From Nemertoderma westbladi (taxonomy: Eukaryota; Animalia; Xenacoelomorpha): a stretch of 64,000 nucleotides of DNA. The stretch lies in assembly GCA_032718475.1 (NCBI GenBank), contig JAUCBJ010001037.1, positions 29,675-93,674 on the forward strand, given 5' to 3'. Positions 13,201 to 28,200 of the stretch are shown here, piece after piece. Every line of letters starts with the position of its first letter. The first letter of the stretch is position 1. The notes under the pieces are model-generated. The model was not told the DNA's origin. It ran no database searches and was given only the letters and a program-made list of their open reading frames with translations. The translations under genes and the position numbers were made by a program.

Positions 13201-16200
13201 AACAACCGACACAGTCGGTGAGTTACATTGGTTCTACAGACAAACGACACAGTCGGTGAGTTGCATTGGTTCGACAGACGACCGACACAGTCGGTGAGTT
13301 GCAGAGGTTCGACAGACAACCGCCACAGTCGGTGAGTTGCAGAGGTTCGACAGACAACCGACACAGTCGGTGAGTTACATTGGTTCGACAGACAACCGAC
13401 ACAGTCGTTGAATTACATTGGTTCGACAGACAACCGACACAGTCGTTGAATTACATTGGTTCGACAAACAACCGACACAGTAGGTGAGTTACATTGGTTC
13501 GACAGACAACCGACACAGTCGTTGAATTACATTGGTTCGACAAACAACCGACACAGTAGGTGAGTTACATTGGTTCGACAGACAGTAGTCCTCCAGGAGT
13601 AGTCAGTCTCATAATTATTATAGTCGCAGGTCAAAGGGAAGAAATCCGCACAAGATAAACGCCATACCGGGGCAGGATTCCGTGGGAAGAAGGTTGAAAG
13701 GAAAACCTCGAGACAAAATCGACGAAACGATAAAGATCGGGTCTCCGATTATAGGAGGTTAGTTAGTTAGTATGTTAGATCGGGTCTCCGATTATAGGAG
13801 GTTAGTTAGTTAGTATGTTAGATCGGGTCTCCGATTATAGGAGGTTAGTTAGTTAGTATGTTAGATCGGGTCTCCGATTATAGGAGGTTAGTTAGTTAGT
13901 ATGTTAGATCGGGTCTCCGATTATAGGAGGTTAGTTAGTATGTTAGATCGGGTCTCCGATTATAGGAGGTTAGTTAGTTAGTATGTTAGATCGGGTCTCC
14001 GATTATAGGGGGTTAGTTAGTATGTTAGATCGGGTCTCCGACTATAGGAGGTTAGTTAGTTAGTATGTTAGATCGGGTCTCCGATTATAGGAGGTTAGTT
14101 AGTTAGTATGTTAGATCGGGTCTCCGATTATAGGAGGTTAGTTATTTAGTATGTTAGATCGGGTCTCCGATTATAGGAGAAAGTTAGTTAGTATGTTAGA
14201 TCGGGTCTCCGATTATAGGAGGTTAGTTAGTTAGTATGTTAGATCGGGTCTCCGATTATAGGAAGTTAGTTAGTTAGTATGTTAGATCGGGTCTCCGATT
14301 ATAGGAGGTTAGTTATTTAGTATGTTAGATCGGGTCTCCGATTATAGGAGGTTAGTTAGTTAGTATGTTAGATCGGGTCTCCGATTATAGGAGGTTAGTT
14401 AGTTAGTATGTTAGATCGGGTCTCAGATTATAGGAGGTTAGTTAGTTAGTATGTTAGATCGGGTCTCCGATTATAGGGGGTTAGTTAGTATGTTAGATCG
14501 GGTCTCCGACTATAGGAGGTTAGTTAGTTAGTATGTTAGATCGGGTCTCCGATTATAGGAGGTTAGTTATTTAGTATGTTAGATCGGGTCTCCGATTATA
14601 GGAGAAAGTTAGTTAGTATGTTAGATCGGGTCTCCGATTATAGGAGGTTAGTTAGTTAGTATGTTAGATCGGGTCTCCGATTATAGGAGGTTAGTTAGTT
14701 AGTATGTTAGATCGGGTCTCCGATTATAGGAGGTTAGTTATTTAGTATGTTAGATCGGGTCTCCGATTATAGGAGGTTAGTTAGTTAGTATGTTAGATCG
14801 GGTCTCAGATTATAGGAGGTTAGTTAGTTAGTATGTTAGATCGGGTCTCCGATTATAGGGGGTTAGTTAGTATGTTAGATCGGGTCTCCGACTATAGGAG
14901 GTTAGTTAGTTAGTATGTTAGATCGGGTCTCCGATTATAGGAGGTTAGTTATTTAGTATGTTAGATCGGGTCTCCGATTATAGGAGAAAGTTAGTTAGTA
15001 TGTTAGATCGGGTCTCCGATTATAGGAGGTTAGTTAGTTAGTATGTTAGATCGGGTCTCCGATTATAGGGGGTTAGTTAGTATGTTAGATCGGGTCTCCG
15101 ATTATAGGGGGTTAGTTAGTATGTTAGATCGGGTCTCCGACTATAGGAGGTTAGTTAGTTAGTATGTTAGATCGGGTCTCCGATTATAGGAGGTTAGTTA
15201 TTTAGTATGTTAGATCGGGTCTCCGATTATAGGAGGTTAGTTAGTTAGTATGTTAGATCGGGTCTCCGATTATAGGAGGTTAGTTAGTTAGTATGTTAGA
15301 TCGGGTCTCCGATTATAGGAGGTTAGTTAGTTAGTATGTTAGATCGGGTCTCCGATTATAAGAGGTTAGTTAGTTAGTATGTTAGATCGGGTCTCCGACT
15401 ATAGGAGGTTAGTTAGTTAGTATGTAGATCGGGTCTCCGATTATAGGAGGTGAGGTAGTTAGTATGTTAGATCGGGTCTCCGATTATAGGAGGTTAGTTA
15501 GTTAGTATGTTAGATCGGGTCTCCGATTATAGGAGGTTAGTTAGTATGTGAGATCGGGTCTCCGATTATAGGAGGTTAGTTAGTTAGTATGTTAGATCGG
15601 GTCTCCGATTATAGGAGAAAGTTAGTTAGTATGTTAGATCGGGTCTCCTCTATAGGAGGTTAGTTAGTTAGTATGTTAGATCCGGTCTCAGACTATAGGA
15701 GGTTAGTTAGTTAGTATGTTAGATCGGGTCTCCGATTATAGGAGGTTAGTTAGTATGTTAGATCGGGTCTCCGATTATAAGAGGTTAGTTAGTTAGTATG
15801 TAGATCGGGTCTCCGATTATAGGAGGTTAGTTAGTTAGTATGTTAGATCGGGTCTCCGATTATAGGAGGTTAGTTAGTTAGTATGTTAGATCGGGTCTCC
15901 GATTATAGGAGGTTAGTTAGTTAGTATATTAGATCGGGTCTCCGATTATAGGAGGTTAGTTAGTTAGTATGTTAGATCGGGTCTCCGATTATAGGAGGTT
16001 GGTTAGTTAGTATGTTAGATCGGGTCTCCGATTATAGGAGGTTAGTTAGTATGTTAGATCGGGTCTCCGATTATAGGAGGTTAGTTAGTTAGTATGTTAG
16101 ATCGGGTCTCCGATTATAGGAGGTTAGTTAGTATGTTAGATCGGGTCTCCGATTATAGGAGGTTAGTTAGTTAGTATATTAGATCGGGTCTCCGATTATA

Positions 16201-19200
16201 GGAGGTTAGTTAGTATGTTAGATCGGGTCTCCGACTATAGGAGGTTAGTTAGTTAGTATGTTAGATCGGGTCTCCGATTATAGGAGGTTAGTTAGTTAGT
16301 ATGTTAGATCGGGTCTCCTCTATAGGAGGTTAGTTAGTTAGTATATTAGATCGGGTCTCCGATTATAGGAGGTTAGTTAGTTAGTGTGTTAGATCGGGTC
16401 TCCGATTATAGGAGGTTAGTTAGTATGTGAGATCGGGTCTCCGATTATAGGAGGTTAGTTAGTTAGTATGTTAGATCGGGTCTCCGATTATAGGAGAAAG
16501 TTAGTTAGTATGTTAGATCGGGTCTCCGATTATAGGAGGTTAGTTAGTATGTGAGATCAGGTCTCCGATTATAGGAGGTTAGTTAGTATGTGAGATCGGG
16601 TCTCCGATTATAGGAGGTTAGTTAGTTAGTATGTGAGATCGGGTCTCCGATTATAGGAGGTTAGTTAGTTAGTATGTTAGATCGGGTCTCCGATTATAGG
16701 AGGTTAGTTAGTATGTGAGATCGGGTCTCCTCTATAGGAGGTTTGTTAGTTAGTATGTTAGATCCGGTCTCAGACTATAGGAGGTTAGTTAGTTAGTATG
16801 TTAGATCGGGTCTCCGATTATAGGAGGTTAGTTAGTATGTTAGATCGGGTCTCCGACTATAGGAGGTTAGTTAGTTAGTATGTTAGATCGGGTCTCCGAT
16901 TATAGGAGGTTAGTTAGTTAGTATGTTAGATCGGGTCTCCGACTATAGGAGGTTAGTTAGTTAGTATGTTAGATCGGGTCTCCGATTATAGGAGGTTGGT
17001 TAGTTAGTATGTTAGATCGGGTCTCCTCTATAGGAGGTTAGTTAGTTAGTATGTTAGATCGGGTCTCCTCTATAGGAGGTTAGTTAGTTAGTATATTAGA
17101 TCGGGTCTCCGATTATAGGAGGTTAGTTAGTTAGTATGTTAGATCGGGTCTCCTCTATAGGAGGTTAGTTAGTTAGTATATTAGATCGGGTCTCCGATTA
17201 TAGGAGGTTAGTTAGTATGTTAGATCGGGTCTCCGACTATAGGAGGTTAGTTAGTTAGTATGTTGGATCGGGTCTCCTCTATAGGAGGTTAGTTAGTTAG
17301 TATATTAGATCGGGTCTCCGATTATAGGAGGTTAGTTAGTTAGTATGTTAGATCGGGTCTCCGATTATAGAAGGTTAGTTAGTAGTATGTTAGATCGGGT
17401 CTCCGATTATAGGAGGTTAGTTAGTATGTGAGATCGGGTCTCCGATTATAGGAGGTTAGTTAGTTAGTATGTTAGATCGGGTCTCCGATTATAGGAGGTT
17501 AGTTAGTATGTGAGATCGGGTCTCCGATTATAGGAGGTTAGTTAGTTAGTATGTTAGATCGGGTCTCCTCTATAGGAGGTTAGTTAGTTAGTATGTTAGA
17601 TCCGGTCTCAGACTATAGGAGGTTAGTTAGTTAGTATGTTAGATCAGGTCTCCGACTATAGGAGGTTAGTTAGTTAGTATGTTAGATCGGGTCTCCGATT
17701 ATAGGAGAAAGTTAGTTAGTATGTTAGATCGGGTCTCCTCTATAGGAGGTTAGTTAGTTAGTATGTTAGATCCGGTCTCAGACTATAGGAGGTTAGTTAG
17801 TTAGTATGTTAGATCGGGTCTCCGATTATAGGAGGTTAGTTAGTATGTTAGATCGGGTCTCCGATTATAGGAGGTTAGTTAGTTAGTATGTTAGATCGGG
17901 TCTCCGACTATAGGAGGTTAGTTAGTTAGTATGTTAGATCAGGTCTCCGACTATAGGAGGTTAGTTAGTTAGTATGTTAGATCGGGTCTCCGATTATAGG
18001 AGGTTAGTTAGTTAGTATGTTAGATCGGGTCTCCGATTATAGGAGGTTAGTTAGTTAGTATGTTAGATCGGGTCTCCGATTATAGGAGGTTAGTTAGTTA
18101 GTATGTTAGATCGGGTCTCCTCTATAGGAGGTTAGTTAGTTAGTATGTTAGATCGGGTCTCCGATTATAGGAGGTTAGTTAGTTAGTATGTTAGATCGGG
18201 ACTCCGATTATAGGAGGTTAGTTAGTATGTTAGATCGGGTCTCCGATTATAGGAGGTTAGTTAGTTAGTATGTTAGATAGGGTCTCCTCTATAGGAGGTT
18301 AGTTAGTTAGTATGTTAGATCGGGTCTCCGATTATAGGAGGTTAATTAGTATGTTAGATCGGGTCTCCGACTATAGGAGGTTAGTTAGTTAGTATGTTAG
18401 ATCGGGTCTCCGACTATAGGAGGTTAGTTAGTTAGTTAGTATGTTAGATCGGGTCTCCGACTATAGGAGGTTAGTTAGTTAGTATGTTAGATCGGGTCTC
18501 CGACTATAGGAGGTTAGTTAGTTAGTATGTTAGATCGGGTCTCCGATTATAGGAGGTTAGTTAGTATGTTAGATCGGGTCTCCGAATATAGGAGGTTAGT
18601 TAGTATGTTAGATCGGGTCTCCGATTATAGAAGGTTAGTTAGTTAGTATGTTAGATCGGGTCTCCGATTATAGGAGGTTGGTTAGTTAGTATTTTAGATC
18701 GGGTCTCCGACTATAGGAGGTTAGTTAGTTCTTAGTTAGTATGTTAGATCGGGTCTCCGATTATAGGAGGTTAGTTAGTTAGTATGTTAGATCGGGTCTC
18801 CGACTATAGGAGGTTAGTTAGTTAGTATGTTAGATCGGGTCTCCGATTATAGGAGGTTAGTTAGTTAGTATGTTAGATCGGGTCTCCGATTATAGGAGGT
18901 TAGTTAGTTAGTATGTTAGATCGGGTCTCCGATTATAGGAGGTTAGTTAGTATGTTAGATCGGGTCTCCGATTATAGGAGGTTAGTTAGTTAGTTAGTAT
19001 GTTAGATAGGGTCTCCTCTATAGGAGGTTAGTTAGTTAGTATGTTAGATCGGGTCTCCGATTATAGGAGGTTAGTTAGTTAGTATGTTAGATCGGGTCTC
19101 CGATTATAGGAGGTTAGTTAGTATGTTAGATCGGGTCTCCGACTATAGGAGGTTAGTTAGTTAGTATGTTAGATCGGGTCTCCGACTATAGGAGGTTAGT

Positions 19201-22200
19201 TAGTTAGTATGTTAGATCGGGTCTCCGACTATAGGAGGTTAGTTAGTTAGTATGTTAGATCGGGTCTCCGACTATAGGAGGTTAGTTAGTTAGTATGTTA
19301 GATCAGGTCTCCGATTATAGGAGGTTAGTTATTTAGTATGTTAGATCGGGTCTCCGATTATAGGAGGTTAGTTAGTTAGTATGTTAGATCGGGTCTCCGA
19401 TTATAGGAGGTTAGTTAGTTAGTATGTTAGATCGGGTCTCCTCTATAGGAGGTTAGTTAGTTAGTATGTTAGATCGGGTCTCCGATTATAGGAGGTTAGT
19501 TAGTTAGTATGTTAGATCGGGACTCCGATTATAGGAGGTTAGTTAGTATGTTAGATCGGGTCTCCGATTATAGGAGGTTAGTTAGTTAGTATGTTAGATA
19601 GGGTCTCCTCTATAGGAGGTTAGTTAGTTAGTATGTTAGATCGGGTCTCCGATTATAGGAGGTTAATTAGTATGTTAGATCGGGTCTCCGACTATAGGAG
19701 GTTAGTTAGTTAGTATGTTAGATCGGGTCTCCGACTATAGGAGGTTAGTTAGTTAGTTAGTATGTTAGATCGGGTCTCCGACTATAGGAGGTTAGTTAGT
19801 TAGTATGTTAGATCGGGTCTCCGACTATAGGAGGTTAGTTAGTTAGTATGTTAGATCGGGTCTCCGATTATAGGAGGTTAGTTAGTATGTTAGATCGGGT
19901 CTCCGAATATAGGAGGTTAGTTAGTATGTTAGATCGGGTCTCCGATTATAGAAGGTTAGTTAGTTAGTATGTTAGATCGGGTCTCCGATTATAGGAGGTT
20001 GGTTAGTTAGTATTTTAGATCGGGTCTCCGACTATAGGAGGTTAGTTAGTTCTTAGTTAGTATGTTAGATCGGGTCTCCGATTATAGGAGGTTAGTTAGT
20101 TAGTATGTTAGATCGGGTCTCCGACTATAGGAGGTTAGTTAGTTAGTATGTTAGATCGGGTCTCCGATTATAGGAGGTTAGTTAGTTAGTATGTTAGATC
20201 GGGTCTCCGATTATAGGAGGTTAGTTAGTTAGTATGTTAGATCGGGTCTCCGATTATAGGAGGTTAGTTAGTATGTTAGATCGGGTCTCCGATTATAGGA
20301 GGTTAGTTAGTTAGTATGTTAGATAGGGTCTCCTCTATAGGAGGTTAGTTAGTTAGTATGTTAGATCGGGTCTCCGATTATAGGAGGTTAGTTAGTTAGT
20401 ATGTTAGATCGGGTCTCCGATTATAGGAGGTTAGTTAGTATGTTAGATCGGGTCTCCGACTATAGGAGGTTAGTTAGTTAGTATGTTAGATCGGGTCTCC
20501 GACTATAGGAGGTTAGTTAGTTAGTATGTTAGATCGGGTCTCCGACTATAGGAGGTTAGTTAGTTAGTATGTTAGATCGGGTCTCCGACTATAGGAGGTT
20601 AGTTAGTTAGTATGTTAGATCAGGTCTCCGATTATAGGAGGTTAGTTATTTAGTATGTTAGATCGGGTCTCCGATTATAGGAGGTTAGTTAGTTAGTATG
20701 TTAGATCGGGTCTCCGATTATAGGAGGTTAGTTAGTTAGTATGTTAGATCGGGTCTCCGATTATAGGAGGTTAGTTAGTTAGTATGTTAGATCGGGTCTC
20801 CGATTATAGGAGGTTAGTTAGTTAGTATGTTAGATCGGGTCTCCGATTATAGGAGGTTAGTTAGTATGTTAGATCGGGTCTCCGATTATAGGAGGTTAGT
20901 TAGTTAGTATATTAGATCGGGTCTCCGATTATAGGAGGTTAGTTAGTATGTTAGATCGGGTCTCCGACTATAGGAGGTTAGTTAGTTAGTATGTTAGATC
21001 GGGTCTCCGATTATAGGAGGTTAGTTAGTTAGTATGTTAGATCGGGTCTCCTCTATAGGAGGTTAGTTAGTTAGTATATTAGATCGGGTCTCCGATTATA
21101 GGAGGTTAGTTAGTTAGTGTGTTAGATCGGGTCTCCGATTATAGGAGGTTAGTTAGTATGTGAGATCGGGTCTCCGATTATAGGAGGTTAGTTAGTTAGT
21201 ATGTTAGATCGGGTCTCCGATTATAGGAGAAAGTTAGTTAGTATGTTAGATCGGGTCTCCGATTATAGGAGGTTAGTTAGTATGTGAGATCGGGTCTCCG
21301 ATTATAGGAGGTTAGTTAGTATGTGAGATCGGGTCTCCGATTATAGGAGGTTAGTTAGTTAGTATGTGAGATCGGGTCTCCGATTATAGGAGGTTAGTTA
21401 GTTAGTATGTTAGATCGGGTCTCCGATTATAGGAGGTTAGTTAGTATGTGAGATCGGGTCTCCGATTATAGGAGGTTAGTTAGTTAGTATGTTAGATCGG
21501 GTCTCCGATTATAGGAGAAAGTTAGTTAGTATGTTAGATCGGGTCTCCTCTATAGGAGGTTAGTTAGTTAGTATGTTAGATCCGGTCTCAGACTATAGGA
21601 GGTTAGTTAGTTAGTATGTTAGATCGGGTCTCCGATTATAGGAGGTTAGTTAGTTAGTGTGTTAGATCGGGTCTCCGACTATAGGAGGTTAATTAGTTAG
21701 TATGTTAGATCGGGTCTCCGACTATAGGAGGTTAGTTAGTTAGTATGTTAGATCGGGTCTCCGATTATAGGAGGTTGGTTAGTTAGTATGTTAGATCGGG
21801 TCTCCGATTATAGGAGGTTGGTTAGTTAGTATGTTAGATCGGGTCTCCTCTATAGGAGGTTAGTTAGTTAGTATGTTAGATCGGGTCTCCTCTATAGGAG
21901 GTTAGTTAGTTAGTATATTAGATCGGGTCTCCGATTATAGGAGGTTAGTTAGTATGTTAGATCGGGTCTCCGACTATAGGAGGTTAGTTAGTTAGTATGT
22001 TAGATCGGGTCTCCTCTATAGGAGGTTAGTTAGTTAGTATATTAGATCGGGTCTCCGATTATAGGAGGTTAGTTAGTTAGTATGTTAGATCGGGTCTCCG
22101 ATTATAGAAGGTTAGTTAGTAGTATGTTAGATCGGGTCTCCGATTATAGGAGGTTAGTTAGTATGTGAGATCGGGTCTCCGATTATAGGAGGTTAGTTAG

Positions 22201-25200
22201 TTAGTATGTTAGATCGGGTCTCCGATTATAGGAGGTTAGTTAGTATGTGAGATCGGGTCTCCGATTATAGGAGGTTAGTTAGTTAGTATGTTAGATCGGG
22301 TCTCCTCTATAGGAGGTTAGTTAGTTAGTATGTTAGATCCGGTCTCAGACTATAGGAGGTTAGTTAGTTAGTATGTTAGATCAGGTCTCCGACTATAGGA
22401 GGTTAGTTAGTTAGTATGTTAGATCGGGTCTCCGATTATAGGAGAAAGTTAGTTAGTATGTTAGATCGGGTCTCCTCTATAGGAGGTTAGTTAGTTAGTA
22501 TGTTAGATCCGGTCTCAGACTATAGGAGGTTAGTTAGTTAGTATGTTAGATCGGGTCTCCGATTATAGGAGGTTAGTTAGTATGTTAGATCGGGTCTCCG
22601 ATTATAGGAGGTTAGTTAGTTAGTATGTTAGATCGGGTCTCCGACTATAGGAGGTTAGTTAGTTAGTATGTTAGATCAGGTCTCCGACTATAGGAGGTTA
22701 GTTAGTTAGTATGTTAGATCGGGTCTCCGATTATAGGAGGTTAGTTAGTTAGTATGTTAGATCGGGTCTCCGATTATAGGAGGTTAGTTAGTTAGTATGT
22801 TAGATCGGGTCTCCGATTATAGGAGGTTAGTTAGTTAGTATGTTAGATCGGGTCTCCTCTATAGGAGGTTAGTTAGTTAGTATGTTAGATCGGGTCTCCG
22901 ATTATAGGAGGTTAGTTAGTTAGTATGTTAGATCGGGACTCCGATTATAGGAGGTTAGTTAGTATGTTAGATCGGGTCTCCGATTATAGGAGGTTAGTTA
23001 GTTAGTATGTTAGATAGGGTCTCCTCTATAGGAGGTTAGTTAGTTAGTATGTTAGATCGGGTCTCCGATTATAGGAGGTTAGTTAGTATGTTAGATCGGG
23101 TCTCCGACTATAGGAGGTTAGTTAGTTAGTATGTTAGATCGGGTCTCCGACTATAGGAGGTTAGTTAGTTAGTATGTTAGATCGGGTCTCCGACTATAGG
23201 AGGTTAGTTAGTTAGTATGTTAGATCGGGTCTCAGACTATAGGAGGTTAGTTAGTTAGTATGTTAGATCGGGTCTCCGATTATAGGAGGTTAGTTAGTAT
23301 GTTAGATCGGGTCTCCGAATATAGGAGGTTAGTTAGTATGTTAGATCGGGTCTCCGATTATAGAAGGTTAGTTAGTTAGTATGTTAGATCGGGTCTCCGT
23401 TTATAGGAGGTTGGTTAGTTAGTATGTTAGATCGGGTCTCCGACTATAGGAGGTTAGTTAGTTCTTAGTTAGTATGTTAGATCGGGTCTCCGATTATAGG
23501 AGGTTAGTTAGTTAGTATGTTAGATCGGGTCTCCGACTATAGGAGGTTAGTTAGTTAGTATGTTAGATCGGGTCTCCGATTATAGGAGGTTAGTTAGTTA
23601 GTATGTTAGATCGGGTCTCCGATTATAGGAGGTTAGTTAGTTAGTATGTTAGATCGGGTCTCCGATTATAGGAGGTTAGTTAGTATGTTAGATCGGGTCT
23701 CCGATTATAGGAGGTTAGTTAGTTAGTATGTTAGATAGGGTCTCCTCTATAGGAGGTTAGTTAGTTAGTATGTTAGATCGGGTCTCCGATTATAGGAGGT
23801 TAGTTAGTTAGTATGTTAGATCGGGTCTCCGATTATAGGAGGTTAGTTAGTATGTTAGATCGGGTCTCCGACTATAGGAGGTTAATTAGTTAGTATGTTA
23901 GATCGGGTCTCCGACTATAGGAGGTTAGTTAGTTAGTATGTTAGATCGGGTCTCCGACTATAGGAGGTTAGTTAGTTAGTATGTTAGATCGGGTCTCCGA
24001 CTATAGGAGGTTAGTTAGTTAGTATGTTAGATCAGGTCTCCGACTATAGGAGGTTAGTTAGTTAGTTAGTATGTTAGATCGGGTCTCCGATTATAGGAGG
24101 TTAGTTAGTTAGTATGTTAGATCGGGTCTCCGATTATAGGAGGTTAGTTAGTTAGTATGTTAGATCGGGTCTCCGATTATAGGAGGTTAGTTAGTTAGTA
24201 TGTTAGATCGGGTCTCCGACTATAGGAGGTTAGTTAGTTAGTATGTTAGATCGGGTCTCCGATTATAGGAGGTTAGTTAGTTAGTATGTTAGATCGGGTT
24301 TCCGATTATAGGAGGTTAGTTAGTTAGTATGTTAGATCGGGTCTCCGATTATAGGAGGTTAGTTAGTTAGTATGTTAGATCGGGTCTCCGATTATAGGAG
24401 GTTAGTTAGTCAGTATGTTAGATCGGGTCTCCGATTATAGGAGGTTAGTTAGTTAGTATGTTAGATCGGGTCTCCGATTATAGGAGGTTAGTTAGTTAGT
24501 ATGTTAGATCGGGTCTCCGACTATAGGAGGTTAGTTAGTTAGTATGTTAGATCGGGTCTCCTCTATAGGAGGTTAGTTAGTTAGTTAGTGCTAAGAGAGA
24601 ATAGTTATATAATAAAATCAGCTTTTAGCGACTATCAGTGCATAATACAGCCTGCAACTTATCCCGTGAATGAAATCCGTGCAGGCAGGCCATCAGGTGG
24701 ATTATGTTATATTTTTCGAAATAAATTATCTAAATACATTTCTAGAATAAATGTGAAGAATACGCGTTTACAAGCAATACGTTTACATTTACCAAATGAT
24801 AAACCATTGGTTATTATCAATTCTTATTTTCCGGTTGACTCGCGTGATAATAATATCAGCGACGATTTACTTACGACAATAAACGATATTAAAGATATTA
24901 TTTTATCAGTTAATCAGTGCAATATTCTGCTCACAGGGGATTTTAATGCTGACTTCTGCCGCACTACGATGCACTGTAGTTTAATTAATCAAATGATACA
25001 AGAATTTCAATTCGATCGCCTTTGGGATTCTTACCCAGTTGACTATACATATACATGTTTTAGAGAGAATTCAGCATTTCATTCAACGTTGGATCATTTT
25101 TTCAGTAATTCACAATTTTGTGAAAATATTTTTGATTCAGGTGTTATTCATACTGGTGTCAATTTGTCATTTCATTCCCCAATTTTTCTTAAGTTTAAAG

Positions 25201-28200
25201 TAAATGTTTCAAATGTGCAATGCGATAGCAATGATAATGATAATGGTAGTAATATAGGTGAAGGTAATGTAAAATATAAACGTTCCACTAATGATCAGCA
25301 ACGTGAATTTATTAACCAATTAACTATCAGATTGAATTCATTAGCAGAACCGCTGCCTATGTGTACTCAGTGTAATAATATTTTTTGTAATGTTCCAGAA
25401 CATTTGTTATCTACTGAGAAATATGCCTTAGATATATTGGAAGCTATTGACCAGTGTAGCAGTAATATTTTACATCGTAGTAATGGAAGTAGGGGATCCC
25501 CCTTTAATCATCCTATTATCCCCGGGTGGTCTGAACGGGTGAAACCGTTCAGAGATGATGCTATGTTTTGGCATTCCTTGTGGGTCTCGGCGGGTTGCCC
25601 TAATGTATCACAAAATAGCCACTTATATCATATGCGAAGGGTCTCTCGCGCTCAGTATAAATATGCTGTTCGCCGGGTGAAACGCTCAGCTGATAATGTG
25701 CGAAGGGATAAATTAATTGAGGCCTGCTTGTTGAATAATACTGACATCTTTAAGGAAATAAGGAATCTCCGTTTCTCATCGAATAATGTTAGTTCATCGA
25801 TCGATGGTTGTACAGACCCGCAGTCTATCGCCGATCGATTTGCGGGAATCTATTCATCTTTGTATAATCAGCCATACAATTCAGATTTAGAAGCATTGAA
25901 GGCACTAATTGATGCCAAGTTGGTAAATTGTACTCTGGACGATGTTCCTCGGGTTTCTCCGGATTTAGTTGCTGAGGGTCTCCACAGACTAAAAAGTTCT
26001 AAAACAGATGTGACTTTTGGCTTTGATTCTGACTGTCTAATCCATGGTCCTCCTGAACTTTGTTTTCATCTCAGTAATCTATTTAATTCCTTTTTGACTC
26101 ACGGATTCGTTCCGCAATTTCTTTTGAATTGTGTTATCATTCCATTGATCAAGGATAAGTTGGGCGATGATACAGTATCCGGTAATTATAGGGCCATCGC
26201 TTTGTCGTCTCTCCTGATTAAATTGTTTGAATGGGTGATGCTACTCGCACAGGCTGATTGTTTAAAATTAGATGAGTTACAGTTTGGGTTTCAACGGGGA
26301 TCTAGTACCACTCAGTGTACTTGGGCTGCAACTGAGGTAATTAGTTTCTATTCCAGAAATGCAACTCCAGTGTTTGGCTGTTTGCTTGATCTTTCTAAAG
26401 CATTTGATATGGTGGAATGGTGCAAGCTGTTCCTTGAGCTCTTAAAGAAGGGGTTTTCTCCGTTTTACATCCGGTCTCTGTTATTTATCTACAATAATCA
26501 ATCTTGTGTAGTGCGATGGAATAATACGCATTCTGAGTCTTTTACATCGTCCAATGGGGTACGCCAAGGGTCTGTTGCCTCGCCAATCTTATTCTGTATC
26601 TTACTTGATAAGCTGTTTAGGAAATTAAGAAATTCCAAAGTAGGTTGCTTCGTGGGGTCTGTATATTTTGGGGCGGTTGGTTATGCCGATGACCTATTTT
26701 TGCTATGTCCGTCCATCGTAGGCCTTCAGCATATGGTTAAATTGTGCGAAGAGTTTGCACCGGAAAACAAGTTAATATTCAGCACGAATCCGAATCCGGA
26801 CAAGTCCAAGTCAAAGTGTATAGCTTTCGGGCGGGTCTGGGTTAAGCCTTTAGCGACAATTAAGTTGAACGGTTCGCCTCTTCCATGGGTTAAGGAGGCG
26901 CTGCATCTCGGTAACCTTCTTGACTTTAAAAACTCAATGGAATCTGATATCGTGCGTAAACGAGGGCAGTTTATAGGCAAATTGAATGCCTTAAGGCAGG
27001 AACTATATTTTTCGGACCCGTTTGTGCTTTGCAATGTACAACGTAGTTATTGCACTAGTTTCTACGGTAGTAACCTGTGGAACCTTCTTTCGCCAACATG
27101 TATAAGAATTTTTAGCACCTGGAATGTAAATGTTAGAATGATTTTTGGATTACCATTTAATTCTCATCGATATATTGTTGAAAACCTAGTGCAGTTTAAA
27201 CACCCGTGTATTATGCTTTACTCTCGCTTCGTTTCATTTTGTTTATCATTACGTAGGTCTAACAAAATGTGCATTCGTTTTCTTGCTAATATATGTTTAG
27301 TTGATTGTCGTACCCGGTCTGGGAGAAATTTACGAGAAATAGGAAACATGTGTAACATATTTAATCTTGAAATGCTGACATCTCGTGCGGTATCTAATCT
27401 TACTTATGTACCGTTACTGAACGCAGATAAGTGGCGAGTTAATTTTTGTAGGGAAATTATTTGGTGCCTAAACAACGGAGGTATTGTAGATGGCTTTACC
27501 CGCCAGGAATTGAGTAATATTTTAAATAGTGTATCCTCATCATAATTAATTACCTTCTTAGATCTGCAGTACTTAGACATATCATATTATTTTATAATAG
27601 TGCTTGTATTATTAACCTATTGTGCTTTGTGTACCCATCTGTATATTTGGTGTACGAAATTAAATTAAATTAAAAATTAAATTATGTTAGATCGGGTCTC
27701 CGATTATAGGAGGTTAGTTAGTTAGTATGTTAGATCGGGTCTCCGATTATAAGAGGTTAGTTAGTTAGTATGTTAGATCGGGTCTCCGATTATAGGAGGT
27801 TAGTTAGTTAGTATGTTAGATCGGGTCTCCTCTATAGGAGGTTAGTTAGTTAGTTAGTATGTTAGATCGGGTCTCCGATTATAGGAGGTTAGTTAGTTAG
27901 TATGTTAGATCGGGTCTCCGATTATAGGAGGTTAGTTAGTTAGTATGTTAGATCGGGTCTCCGATTATAGGAGGTTAGTTAGTTAGTATGTTAGATCGGG
28001 TCTCCGACTATAGGAGGTTAGTTAGTTAGTTAGTTAGTATGTTAGATCGGGTCTCCGATTATAGGAGGTTAGTTAGTTAGTATGTTAGATCGGGTTTCCG
28101 ATTATAGGAGGTTAGTTAGTTAGTATGTTAGATCGGGTCTCCGATTATAGGAGGTTAGTTAGTTAGTATGTTAGATCGGGTCTCCGATTATAGGAGGTTA

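Noticed and set aside
24588-27545. 985-aa ORF as a host gene or autonomous element
   Set aside because: The GTG start is created by the satellite junction, the endonuclease N-terminus is missing, and there is no ORF1 or 5' UTR.
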